Positions 1 to 8,748 of a DNA stretch of 21,791 nucleotides are shown here, one piece after another. Each line of letters opens with the position of its first letter. Position 1 is the first letter of the stretch. Below the pieces are notes generated by a model. The model saw only the letters and a list, made by a program, of their open reading frames with translations. It ran no database searches and was not told where the DNA came from. Position numbers and translations under genes: made by a program. Origin of the DNA: a candidate division WOR-3 bacterium (GTDB lineage Bacteria > Hydrothermota > Hydrothermia > LBFQ01 > DSFT01); the NCBI GenBank assembly GCA_965649115.1, contig CBFGJN010000031.1:1-21791 (forward strand), given 5' to 3'.

Positions 1-28
1 CCCCCTAATAATCCCCCCAATAAATCAA
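1..28 (-). repeat. Partial copy of the dispersed GC-rich intergenic element, running off the left edge
   Basis: Reverse complement TTGATTTATTGGGGGGATTATTAGGGGG resembles 159-187 (TTGATTTTATGGGGGGAATTATTGGGGGG). Confidence 0.7.
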
Positions 29-48
29 CAATTTCCTTAAAAATTTTA

Positions 49-73
49 TAAATTATTGATTATCAATCGCTTA
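49..73. promoter_or_regulatory. Palindromic double IHF-like site TAA-N4-TTGAT-W-ATCAA-N4-TTA
   Basis: TAAATTATTGATTATCAATCGCTTA; each strand matches the IHF consensus WATCAANNNNTTR; recurs at 13825-13849 and 21766-21790. Confidence 0.5.
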
Positions 74-150
74 ACAATAATTATTGGACAAAGCACTTCA
101 GTTTTATCTTTAAATAAGGGGGGGAGAAGTTTAAGCCATAAGCTATTCAC

Positions 151-329
151 TAAAACCATTGATTTTATGGGGGGAATTATTGGGGGGCGAAGCCCCCCAT
201 AGCCTAAATATGGGAATTTGTAAGCCGAAGGCTTAATTACAGGGTGGGCGGGCAAAATAAGAAATAATCTATATTTCAGAATTACTAGACACAGCACATA
301 AAATAAATCTATGAACTTTATAATTTTCA
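151..329 (+). repeat. Dispersed intergenic element, copy 1 (upstream of nurA)
   Basis: Hairpin TGGGGGGC-GAA-GCCCCCCA (181-199), hairpin TAAGCC-GAA-GGCTTA (221-235), AGGGTGGGCGGG, AGAATTACTAGACA ending at 291, TATAAT 319-324, TTTCA. Confidence 0.85.
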
Positions 330-337
330 AACTAACA

Positions 338-1459
338 ATGAGAATAAATTATAAATTTCTTGAAGGGGTATTTTCAAAGTGGGATTATATTAGAGAACAA
401 TTTGAATTTTCAGATGAACTTATAAATATAGATGAAAAAATTGTTAAGGAAGAGTGGAGGACATTTGAATATAAAGGAAATAATGATTATAGAATTGTTT
501 GTGGTGATGGTTCTTACAATACAATTGAATATATTGATAAATATATTATTCTTTCATCAGGTGTTGGATTGTTTTTTGATAGTAAAAGTAGTAGTCAAGA
601 CTCTACCTATCTTTCATTTGTTATAGTTATTCCTTTTGATGTTATAGTTAGAAAGTTTCTTGATGATTTAGCTTCTTTAATGATGAGCACACTGGAGCTT
701 AAATCAATATATTTAATGGCAAGTAAAGTTAAACATGATATTATTTTAATTGATGGAAGTATAAGAAGTTTAATAATTAGATTTGGTCCAAGTTATAGTA
801 GTCAAATAGGGCAGAGGTGGTTTTACAAGGGAGAAGTTGATGAAAAGGAAATTGAAAAAATTTATTATGAAAATAAAGATGAAATCTATAATTATGACTT
901 ATGGTCATATCAATTAGTTAAAAATTTTAGTAAGGAAAATAAATTCATTTATTTTGCACATCTTCTATATTATGAGTATTTGAAGGTTCTAAATGATTTA
1001 TTAATGAATTTTGAAGTTATAAGCATTTCAAAATCTTTCTCTCCCACAACAGGCGAAAAAATTTTCAATCTAATAGAAAGACCAGATATTATCATTTTTG
1101 AGGAATTTACAAAGGAAGTAGGTTATAGTAGAAAAGTTAAGTATCTCCAAGAAGATGAATTTTATAAATGGAAATTACCTTCACCTTTTGAACATTTAAA
1201 AAGAAAACAAATTTTCTTCTTTTATACAAGATTTGAGGAAAATCACAGAGTTTATAAAGTTGAGTTTATAAGAGATAGAGAACAAGAAGAAATTTTAAAA
1301 ATCATTCATCCTACTATTGTAAGAGGTTATCCTGTTGTTTTGAAAATTGCTCATAATGATGCCTTAATAACTGATAGTGATGCTCAAATTTTTGAACAAC
1401 ATATAAGAAACGAATTGAAAGTTCAAATAGGAATAAAATTAAGAGAAGAACTTTTATAG
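338..1459 (+). CDS. nurA: NurA-family nuclease (RNase H-like fold)
   Basis: VCGDGS and LIDGSI acidic motifs, ISISK, C-terminal GYPVVLKIAHNDA typical of NurA. Start moved from 311 to ATG 338 because 311-329 lies within the repeat/promoter. Confidence 0.8.
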   Translation: MRINYKFLEGVFSKWDYIREQFEFSDELINIDEKIVKEEWRTFEYKGNNDYRIVCGDGSYNTIEYIDKYIILSSGVGLFFDSKSSSQDSTYLSFVIVIPFDVIVRKFLDDLASLMMSTLELKSIYLMASKVKHDIILIDGSIRSLIIRFGPSYSSQIGQRWFYKGEVDEKEIEKIYYENKDEIYNYDLWSYQLVKNFSKENKFIYFAHLLYYEYLKVLNDLLMNFEVISISKSFSPTTGEKIFNLIERPDIIIFEEFTKEVGYSRKVKYLQEDEFYKWKLPSPFEHLKRKQIFFFYTRFEENHRVYKVEFIRDREQEEILKIIHPTIVRGYPVVLKIAHNDALITDSDAQIFEQHIRNELKVQIGIKLREELL

Positions 1460-1477
1460 TGTTTAGATCCCTTTAAT

Positions 1478-1520
1478 TAAAACTTTTGAATTTTTGGAGT
1501 GAATTATTGGGGGCATCAGC
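1478..1520 (+). repeat. Truncated copy of the dispersed element downstream of nurA
   Basis: TAAAACTTTTGAATTTTTGGAGTGAATTATTGGGGGCATCAGC aligns by eye with 151-193 (TAAAACCATTGATTTTATGGGGGGAATTATTGGGGGGCGAAGC). Confidence 0.6.
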
Positions 1521-1533
1521 GTTAATAGTTATT

Positions 1534-1866
1534 TCATTCTAAAATTTTCAAAGATTTATAATTATCATAAATTCCAAATATCAATAAAATTATTGAAATT
1601 AAATAATTCCCTCCAAGCAAAACGAACAAAACACTTCCAGCAGTATATAATAAACTTAAATTTGAAACACTCCAAAGTGCAAGTGAAAATTTCTCAAACT
1701 TGAACTTAACTTTATTTAAAATAAATTCATTAAGATATGAAAAAATAAAAACAATTAAAATAGGGAAAGTTAAATAAAACGAACAAACTTCGTGTTTTTC
1801 AATAGAAATTATTACCCACACTGCTAATAAGTAAGAAAAGATAGGAATTATTAAAAATTTTTTCAT
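1534..1866 (-). CDS. Small integral membrane protein, about 4 hydrophobic segments
   Basis: 110-aa ORF with alternating hydrophobic stretches; ATGA overlap with the upstream skp-like stop. Confidence 0.65.
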   Translation of the reverse strand: MKKFLIIPIFSYLLAVWVIISIEKHEVCSFYLTFPILIVFIFSYLNEFILNKVKFKFEKFSLALWSVSNLSLLYTAGSVLFVLLGGNYLISIILLIFGIYDNYKSLKILE

Positions 1867-2756
1867 TTTTTAAGTGTTTCTTTATATTTATTTATAATAT
1901 CTCTAGCATAAGCACTTACAATTTTAGACCATTCTTCTTCCTTATCTGAACTTTGAGAACTCCTTGAATAAATCTCTTTACCATCTTTATCATATATTGA
2001 AAATTTAAAATATAAAACATTTTCTTTTATATCCAATTCCCCCCAAATAAAAGCATCAAGTTTTAGGATTTGAACAGCTTTCAATATCCCATCAAGTGTA
2101 GGATTATCTTTATTGTATATATTTGATGTTTGTTCTGTTGAAACAACTGTTATTCCTTGAATTTTACGAATTTCATCTTCCATTATACTTGCCATTTTAT
2201 CAGAAATATCTCTTAATTTTGAAGTTTTTGTATTTAATTTAAATGAAAAAATACCTATGTACTTAATTGAGGGACCAATAATTGAACTATAACCTTTATT
2301 AAGTTCAGTTAAAACCACATCAGTAATATCAACATTAGAACTAAAATACAAAATTAAATCTTTATTTTTATTGAGAACAATATCGTAGTTATTTCTTCTA
2401 GCAATACTATCAATAACTAAATAAATTTTGTTAATATAGGGCTGAACAATTTGCTGATATTTTTGATTAATCTGTTCATATATGTTTTTTGCTAAGTTTT
2501 GATATTCATTTTCTTTTTGTTCAATTTTTTTTTCAAGCTCATATATTGCTTCATCTGTTAAAAAACTTCTTTGTTCTGAAAGAAAGTTTTTTAAACTATC
2601 AATTTGTTTTTTCAAACTATCAAGCGACCTTTCTTTTTCTAACTGAAATTGTCTTAATTGATTCATAGCATCCTTATAATCATAATAATTATTTTTTATT
2701 TTTTCAATATCAACGAAAGCAACATTTAATTTTTGTGAAATTATAATAAACAACAT
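1863..2756 (-). CDS. OmpH/Skp-family periplasmic chaperone fused to a C-terminal alpha/beta domain (possibly CsgG/TolB-N-like)
   Basis: VAFVDIEKI at the N-terminus, long coiled coil, IDSIARRNNYDIVLNK...ILYFSSNVDITDVVLTELN at the Skp C-terminus. Start moved to ATG 2756 because 2762-2786 is tRNA. Confidence 0.8.
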   Translation of the reverse strand: MLFIIISQKLNVAFVDIEKIKNNYYDYKDAMNQLRQFQLEKERSLDSLKKQIDSLKNFLSEQRSFLTDEAIYELEKKIEQKENEYQNLAKNIYEQINQKYQQIVQPYINKIYLVIDSIARRNNYDIVLNKNKDLILYFSSNVDITDVVLTELNKGYSSIIGPSIKYIGIFSFKLNTKTSKLRDISDKMASIMEDEIRKIQGITVVSTEQTSNIYNKDNPTLDGILKAVQILKLDAFIWGELDIKENVLYFKFSIYDKDGKEIYSRSSQSSDKEEEWSKIVSAYARDIINKYKETLKK

Positions 2757-2761
2757 AAATG

Positions 2762-2848
2762 CGGTGGGGGTGGGATTTGAACCCACGTTCCCCTTTCGGG
2801 GAAAGCTGATTTCGAATCAGCCCCTTTGGACCACTCAGGCACCCCACC
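2762..2848 (-). tRNA. tRNA-Ser (anticodon CGA), CCA not encoded
   Basis: Acceptor stem GGTGGGG/CCCCACC with discriminator G; anticodon arm GCTGA-TTCGAAA-TCAGC; long variable arm TTCCCC-GAAA-GGGGAA; T arm GTGGG-TTCAAAT-CCCAC. Confidence 0.97.
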
Positions 2849-3408
2849 TACAATTTTAATTCCCAAAACAAAAACTTATTATTAATAAATAAATTCAATT
2901 CTGAAAGCAAATCTATAACATTATGCCTGATAATAGCTTCCAAAATTGACTCATCCTTACTTAAAATATAATTTTTCCAATAATTTGGAACTTCTTTATT
3001 TGAAATATCAAGATTTGATAAATTGTAATAATTTAAATAAGCTGCAGGAGAAACTTCTTTTAATTTTGGTAATTTAACTTTATTAATTTTTGATAGTTGT
3101 TTGTGAATACCCATTAAGTCAATCCAAAAGTTATTATATCCAAGAAATTTCTTTTCAAAATCAGTATTATAGCCATAAAATGGTTTTCTTAAAATTTTTA
3201 ACTTTTTTTGAATTTGCTTTAAGAATAAATTGTAGTCAGTATCAATTGTTCTTAGAACTGAAACAAGTGAATTTTCACTAATATAACCAAAAACAATTAT
3301 TTCATTATTACCATCAGTTTCAATATCTATAATTGTTCCTTCTAAAATATAAACGGGCAAATCCAACTTCCAAATTATTAAATTACTTTCCGTTCTGTAC
3401 TTTATCAT
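2848..3408 (-). CDS. YprB-like ribonuclease H-fold (DEDD) exonuclease
   Basis: Motifs IIDIETDG, GYNTDFE, WIDL and IRHNVIDL. Confidence 0.75.
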   Translation of the reverse strand: MIKYRTESNLIIWKLDLPVYILEGTIIDIETDGNNEIIVFGYISENSLVSVLRTIDTDYNLFLKQIQKKLKILRKPFYGYNTDFEKKFLGYNNFWIDLMGIHKQLSKINKVKLPKLKEVSPAAYLNYYNLSNLDISNKEVPNYWKNYILSKDESILEAIIRHNVIDLLSELNLFINNKFLFWELKL

Positions 3409-3994
3409 TACAATTTAAAGTAATATAAACCACAAAACTTATTGAATTTTTTTGTTGAGACATTTGTGGCAAATCTATTGTTGGTTGAGTATCTTGAAAT
3501 TCCAATTTTTCAAGAGAACAAGAATTATTTATCATTTTTGCTTGTTGTTTTATTTGTTCCAAAATTTCCTTTATATAGCTTAATTTTTCTTTTACAATTA
3601 GTGAATCTGAAACTGACATTTCCGTCCCCTTTAACTCAAAGGAAACGTTTAACTTTTGAAAATTCTTTTTAAAATAATCTTCCAGTTTTTTAATTTCACT
3701 TTCATCTTTTAATCTAAATTCTACTCTCCAATATCCAATATATCCTGAAACAACTTTTTTTTCCGAACCTTCCTCAATCATATATAAAGGAACAACTCTA
3801 CTATCATTTATATCATAATAATAATTCAATTTTTTAAAGTTTTCTTGAATTTTTGAAAATAATTCATTCACTTCACTTTCTGATGAAAGTTTGTTTGTTT
3901 GAAAATTATAAATAACTTTTACAATATCAGGTTTTACCTGTTTTGAAAAAACAAAAGAATAATTCAATATCTGACAAATAAATAAATTAATCAT
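3383..3994 (-). CDS. SIMPL (DUF541)-like periplasmic protein
   Basis: VKPDIVKV motif followed by GYIGYWRVEFRLKD; layout resembles SIMPL domains. Confidence 0.55.
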   Translation of the reverse strand: MINLFICQILNYSFVFSKQVKPDIVKVIYNFQTNKLSSESEVNELFSKIQENFKKLNYYYDINDSRVVPLYMIEEGSEKKVVSGYIGYWRVEFRLKDESEIKKLEDYFKKNFQKLNVSFELKGTEMSVSDSLIVKEKLSYIKEILEQIKQQAKMINNSCSLEKLEFQDTQPTIDLPQMSQQKNSISFVVYITLNCNDKVQNGK

Positions 3995-4581
3995 CTTAGT
4001 TGCCTCGTTGGGTCAAATTGGATTGAAGATTCTATCTCAACTGGTGTTGTTGTTAAAAATTTTTTACTTTTTATGAAATAGTACATATAACCATAGAAAT
4101 ATCTATCATCTCGTAATGAACCACCAAAGAATTTTAAAGTGTCACCACTATCAGAAATACCAAAAACGGGAACTAATTGGTACCTTGATAGTGGAACATC
4201 CATCGTTAGCATTTTATAGACAATAGAACCATTTGCTAATTTATAAACGAAATAGACATTTCTATCTAAATATAAAATTAGAACATCATTTATAGAAAAT
4301 CCTACAACTTTGTGTTGCCAACCATTACATTTACCATCCTTAACGGGGGCAGTCATTAGCTCTCTACCTCTATTGTCAAATATCGTAATTACACCATAAG
4401 GGTTTATTTCAGTTTTATAGCCAGCATAAGTCTGCGTCTTTGAATTGAAACAGTCTTCAAATTCAGGGAATTGTATTTTTAGTTCTTTTGCCCTTTCAAT
4501 AGCTTTTACAATTAAAGAAGTATCCCATTTAACAGTTTGTAAATTCTGAAACCCCTGAACATTTAGAACGATAAGAAGCAT
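3991..4581 (-). CDS. Hypothetical protein, probably exported
   Basis: 196-aa ORF with a short hydrophobic N-terminus; ATGA overlap with the next gene; TAAAAT box 9 nt upstream of the ATG. Confidence 0.7.
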   Translation of the reverse strand: MLLIVLNVQGFQNLQTVKWDTSLIVKAIERAKELKIQFPEFEDCFNSKTQTYAGYKTEINPYGVITIFDNRGRELMTAPVKDGKCNGWQHKVVGFSINDVLILYLDRNVYFVYKLANGSIVYKMLTMDVPLSRYQLVPVFGISDSGDTLKFFGGSLRDDRYFYGYMYYFIKSKKFLTTTPVEIESSIQFDPTRQLR

Positions 4582-4593
4582 AATGCTAAAATT

Positions 4594-5385
4594 TTAAAGC
4601 CAATTTAATTTCTTTCTTAAAATATCAAAGAAATCATCAGTTTCACTTAACTTTATCAAAGATGTTTTTTCATCAGATAATTCAACACTAAAAGATAGTT
4701 CTCCCTCGCATTCTTTTAATAATTCACCATCTGAACTTATCCTCCATTTACCAAATTTAGGTTTTACAAGGATACTTACAATCATTTCTTTTGGTAAGAC
4801 AATTGGTCTTGCAGATAAGTTATGAGGACAAATTGGTGTTATAATAAATGCTTTAACTGATGGATGAACAATAGGACCACCAGCGGATAGATTATATGCT
4901 GTTGAACCAGATGGAGAAGAAATGATAATACCATCACCATAAAACGATGTTATAATTGAATTACCAAATTTTACAACAATATCAAGTCCTCTTCCTGAAA
5001 TTGAATTTACACTAAAATCGTTTAATGCACTATCAATTTCAATTCCATTAATAAATAATTTTAACCTATCTCTTCTATCTAAATAGTAATTTCCATTTAA
5101 AAGGGCTTTCTTTATTTCTTCAATTTGTGATATATCAAAAAATGTTAAAAATCCGAGTTTTCCAATTTTTATTCCAATAATAGGTTTTTTAAATTTTTTA
5201 GCACATTTCAAAAGTGTTCCATCACCACCGAGTGAAATAATTATATCGCAAATTTCATTAATTTGTTCATCATTCCATTCACCTCCTATGTGCTTTGAGA
5301 TATAGACATAATCAAAAACAGATTTAATTCTTTCAATTGCTTCATTTAAGTTATAAAATGGATTACCAAAAACACCAACTTTCAA
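4594..5385 (-). CDS. nadK: NAD(+) kinase
   Basis: LGGDGTLL, GKLGFL, ALND, GDGIIISSPSGSTAYNLSAGGP motifs; TTG start overlaps the secF stop. Confidence 0.95.
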   Translation of the reverse strand: MKVGVFGNPFYNLNEAIERIKSVFDYVYISKHIGGEWNDEQINEICDIIISLGGDGTLLKCAKKFKKPIIGIKIGKLGFLTFFDISQIEEIKKALLNGNYYLDRRDRLKLFINGIEIDSALNDFSVNSISGRGLDIVVKFGNSIITSFYGDGIIISSPSGSTAYNLSAGGPIVHPSVKAFIITPICPHNLSARPIVLPKEMIVSILVKPKFGKWRISSDGELLKECEGELSFSVELSDEKTSLIKLSETDDFFDILRKKLNWL

Positions 5386-6275
5386 ACTTTTTTCCTAATT
5401 TTTAAATCCAAAGCAATAGCAGAAACAATAAATATAGATGAAAGTGTTCCAAATATAATTCCCCAAAATAGAATAAATGAAAATCCGTAAAGAACAGGTC
5501 CTCCAAATAATAATAATGCAACAACAACAGTAAGTGTTGAAAGTGAAGTTATAATTGTTCTACTTAATGTGGAATTTATACCCTTATTGTAAATTTCAAT
5601 AAGCTTTTGATTCTCTATTTTCAGACCTTCGTACCTTTTTAAAAATTCTCTAATTCTATCAGCAATAATTACAGAGTCATTAACATCATAACCAATTATC
5701 GTTAAAATTGCTGCAACAGTTATAGTGCTAAATTCAAGTTGAAATAATGAATATAAACCAAGAACCATAATCACATCTATAATTAATGCTAAAATTGTTC
5801 CAAGTCCAAAGTAAAAATCAAACCTTATCCATATGTAAATTAAAATTAATGCTATTGCAATAATTGAGAGAATAAATGCTTGTTTTCTTAATTCTGAACC
5901 AATTGTAGGTCCAACTTTTTCAGCTCTTTGTAAAATTATCTCATCATTTAAAATTTCCTTTAATTTATTAACTACAATTTGTGCATCAACTTCTGAACTA
6001 TATCTTATTATATAATCTTTTTCTTGTCCAAAGTTTTGAACTGAAACATCTCTCAAATTCAATTGACTTAAAGCATTTCTAACCTTTGATATATCTGAAT
6101 TTTTTGTAGATATTTGAACAAGATTACCACCTGTAAAGTCTATACCAAAATTTATCCCTTTTAAGAATATAACAAAAATGGAAAAGGTAATAAGTAAGAT
6201 ATAAATCACATAAAAAATTCTTCTTTTTCCCATAAAGTCGTACTTAGCATTAGCGAAAATATCTATCCAAGCCAT
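5382..6275 (-). CDS. secF: Protein translocase subunit SecF
   Basis: NFGIDFTGG, VGPTIGSEL, IIGYDVNDSVIIADRIRE, TLSRTIITS; Shine-Dalgarno AAGGAGG upstream. Confidence 0.97.
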   Translation of the reverse strand: MAWIDIFANAKYDFMGKRRIFYVIYILLITFSIFVIFLKGINFGIDFTGGNLVQISTKNSDISKVRNALSQLNLRDVSVQNFGQEKDYIIRYSSEVDAQIVVNKLKEILNDEIILQRAEKVGPTIGSELRKQAFILSIIAIALILIYIWIRFDFYFGLGTILALIIDVIMVLGLYSLFQLEFSTITVAAILTIIGYDVNDSVIIADRIREFLKRYEGLKIENQKLIEIYNKGINSTLSRTIITSLSTLTVVVALLLFGGPVLYGFSFILFWGIIFGTLSSIFIVSAIALDLKIRKKV

Positions 6276-6287
6276 AAATCAACCTCC

Positions 6288-7859
6288 TTAAATCGGCACA
6301 TATTTAACATTAAACTTATAAACAAGAATATCAAATATAAGCCTTGATACAAAAACAGCTGTAAATAAGCTTGTGGCAACACCAATAGCAAGAATTATTG
6401 CAAACCCCTTAATGGGACCCGAACCAAAGAATGTTAAAACTAAGGCAGCAAGAAAGTGTAGTATATTAGTATCCCAAATTGCCCTACTTGCATTTTTATA
6501 ACCATATTCAATAGCACTTACAAAATCTTTACCATTTCTCATTTCTTCTCTCATTCTTTCAAATATAAGAACATTCGCATCAATAGCAAAACCAACAGTT
6601 AAAATAAGTCCTGCCATTCCAGGAAGTGTTAATGTTGCTCCAAGAATTGATAAAATAGCAAGAATAATTAGAAAATTTAAAGCTTGAATGGTAACTGTTA
6701 TTAAGCCACCAAGTCTATAATAAAACATCATAAAAATTAGGACAAATAAATAACCAAAAATTATTGATTTAGTGCCTTTCTCAATTGAATCTTTACCAAG
6801 TGTAGGTCCAACACTTCTTTCTTCTAATATCTTAACAGGTGCAGGAAGTGCACCAGCCTTTAATATATTAGCTAAATCCTTTGCTTCTTGCATACTTTGA
6901 ATCCCTGTTATTTGGGCTCTTCCACCAAGTATAGCTTCTCTTATTTGCGGTGCTGAATATACAAAACTATCAAGAACAATAGCAAGTCTTTTACCAACAT
7001 TTGAAGATGTTATATTAGCAAAAATCATAGCACCCCTTGGATTAAATTCTAGTGAAACAACGGGAGCATTTGGGTGAAATTGATCCCCACCAATTGTAGC
7101 AACTGCATTAATTAAATATGCACCTGTTAAGTCAGCCTTATCTCTTAATAAAAATAATCTTCTAAATTTACTATTTCCAGCACTTTCAAGATTTCCAAAG
7201 AAAAAGCTATATCCTTTTGGAATTAAGTTTTTAATATCTTCTCTATTCAAAATTTTTTTAACTGAATCAATTAGCTCTTCACTTATAGCTAAATCTCCAC
7301 CATAGTTTACCAATAGTGAGCTAAAAGGCTTACTTTTTAATAATGTATCTATTTTTGTAGTATCTCTAATTGTATCCTTTTCTCCTGATAAGTATCTATC
7401 TATTCTATTTATAGTTGCTTCTAATATCTGTGGTTCAGCTAATAACCTAAATTCTAATTGTGCTGTTTTACCTATAATTTCTCTTGCTCTTTCTCTATCA
7501 AGAACACCAGGAAGCTGAACCATAATTCTTTCAGAACCTATTTTTTGGACAATTGGTTCAGCAATCCCAAGATTATCAATACGATTCTTAATAACGAATG
7601 TTGTTCTTTCAACAATATCATTTTTTTCATTCAAACTTATATTTTTTGGTGTCTCAACGTGTAAAACTAAGTACATGCCACCTTGTAAATCAAGACCCAA
7701 GTTTATTGATTTTTTCTTTAATTCTCTTAATTTTTCCTTTGGCATAAATTCTTTTTGAGCTTCAGAAAGTGTATAGTATTGTATAGTAGGGTATAGAAAA
7801 TATATGGAAAGAGCAATAACTATTAGCGTTATGATAATTCTTAGATTTAGGGTTTTCAT
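6288..7859 (-). CDS. secD: Protein translocase subunit SecD
   Basis: NLGLDLQGG, RIDNLGIAEP, VGPTLGKDSI, IDANVLIFERMREE. Confidence 0.97.
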   Translation of the reverse strand: MKTLNLRIIITLIVIALSIYFLYPTIQYYTLSEAQKEFMPKEKLRELKKKSINLGLDLQGGMYLVLHVETPKNISLNEKNDIVERTTFVIKNRIDNLGIAEPIVQKIGSERIMVQLPGVLDRERAREIIGKTAQLEFRLLAEPQILEATINRIDRYLSGEKDTIRDTTKIDTLLKSKPFSSLLVNYGGDLAISEELIDSVKKILNREDIKNLIPKGYSFFFGNLESAGNSKFRRLFLLRDKADLTGAYLINAVATIGGDQFHPNAPVVSLEFNPRGAMIFANITSSNVGKRLAIVLDSFVYSAPQIREAILGGRAQITGIQSMQEAKDLANILKAGALPAPVKILEERSVGPTLGKDSIEKGTKSIIFGYLFVLIFMMFYYRLGGLITVTIQALNFLIILAILSILGATLTLPGMAGLILTVGFAIDANVLIFERMREEMRNGKDFVSAIEYGYKNASRAIWDTNILHFLAALVLTFFGSGPIKGFAIILAIGVATSLFTAVFVSRLIFDILVYKFNVKYVPI

Positions 7860-7892
7860 AAGATTGGAAATTTTAAAGTCAAAAGCGGGGGC

Positions 7893-8747
7893 TTAAAATA
7901 GGATTTCACAAAACCCCAAAGGTTTATTATCAGTAGTTTTCCAAAATGTCCTCTTTTTATATTTTTCATAAAGATCTTCGTCAAAATGAAACAAAATTAA
8001 CATAATAGTATTGCTAAAATAACCCTTAAATCTTCCTAATCTAATTAATTTTTTGTTTTCCAAATTAGATAAATTATTATATAAGTTTATGCTTTTAAGA
8101 TAATTTACTAAATCCTTGGAAAATTCTGAAATTGCATTATCAATTTCATTTTTCAAGTTATTATCCTTAAATTTAATATCTATTTCAAATTCAAAATCTT
8201 CTCTTAACACTTCAACAGCTAAACTTAAATTTTTATGCTTTATTTCTATAACTTTCAAGCAATTAGACGGCTCAAATAATTCACTATCTGAAACTAAGAT
8301 GTTCCTAAAAATATTATCTATACTTTTTTCAAATGTTCTATAAAAATCCTTAAAATTCCTATTTCTTATCTGTTTTAAAAATTCGTTTCTTAAATTATTA
8401 TCATTTTTTATCATTCTATACAAATAAGAAGTTCTTATTGCTCCTTTAATACTTGAGCCTGGAATATAAACCTTATTTTTCAGTTTAATAAATTCATAAA
8501 CTTTATCATTTGGACTGCTGTGAAATGGAATTTCATAAGTTGGACTTATTTTTAAATCATATTTTTTCATAAATTCTTCAAGTCCCAAATCAAAAAGTAA
8601 TTTTGCCATATCTTTACTATCAATATAATTATTTATAATTTCATCAAAACTATAAAACTGAAATTTTGAACCTCTTATTATAAATTCAAATTTAGCTAAA
8701 ATTTGACCACTTGAAATATGAACTGGCGTTAAAACCCTAAATTTCAT
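7893..8747 (-). CDS. csm5: Type III-A CRISPR RAMP protein Csm5 (short)
   Basis: VLTPVHISSG, YIPGSSIKGAIRT, ILVSDS, C-terminal PLGFCEI; last position in the csm operon; GGAGG Shine-Dalgarno. Confidence 0.88.
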   Translation of the reverse strand: MKFRVLTPVHISSGQILAKFEFIIRGSKFQFYSFDEIINNYIDSKDMAKLLFDLGLEEFMKKYDLKISPTYEIPFHSSPNDKVYEFIKLKNKVYIPGSSIKGAIRTSYLYRMIKNDNNLRNEFLKQIRNRNFKDFYRTFEKSIDNIFRNILVSDSELFEPSNCLKVIEIKHKNLSLAVEVLREDFEFEIDIKFKDNNLKNEIDNAISEFSKDLVNYLKSINLYNNLSNLENKKLIRLGRFKGYFSNTIMLILFHFDEDLYEKYKKRTFWKTTDNKPLGFCEILF

Positions 8748-8748
8748 A

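Noticed and set aside
56..66. TTGAT...ATCAA as an FNR box
   Set aside because: FNR sites have a 4-nt spacer; here it is 1 nt, and the flanking TTA/TAA fits paired IHF-like sites better
46..330. 94-aa minus-strand ORF, and the 12490-12795 plus-strand ORF
   Set aside because: They are read-throughs of the repeat element or antisense to cas10, with no recognisable protein features
2762..2848. tRNA-Ser as an island integration site
   Set aside because: No integrase and no duplicated tRNA 3' end were seen in the window
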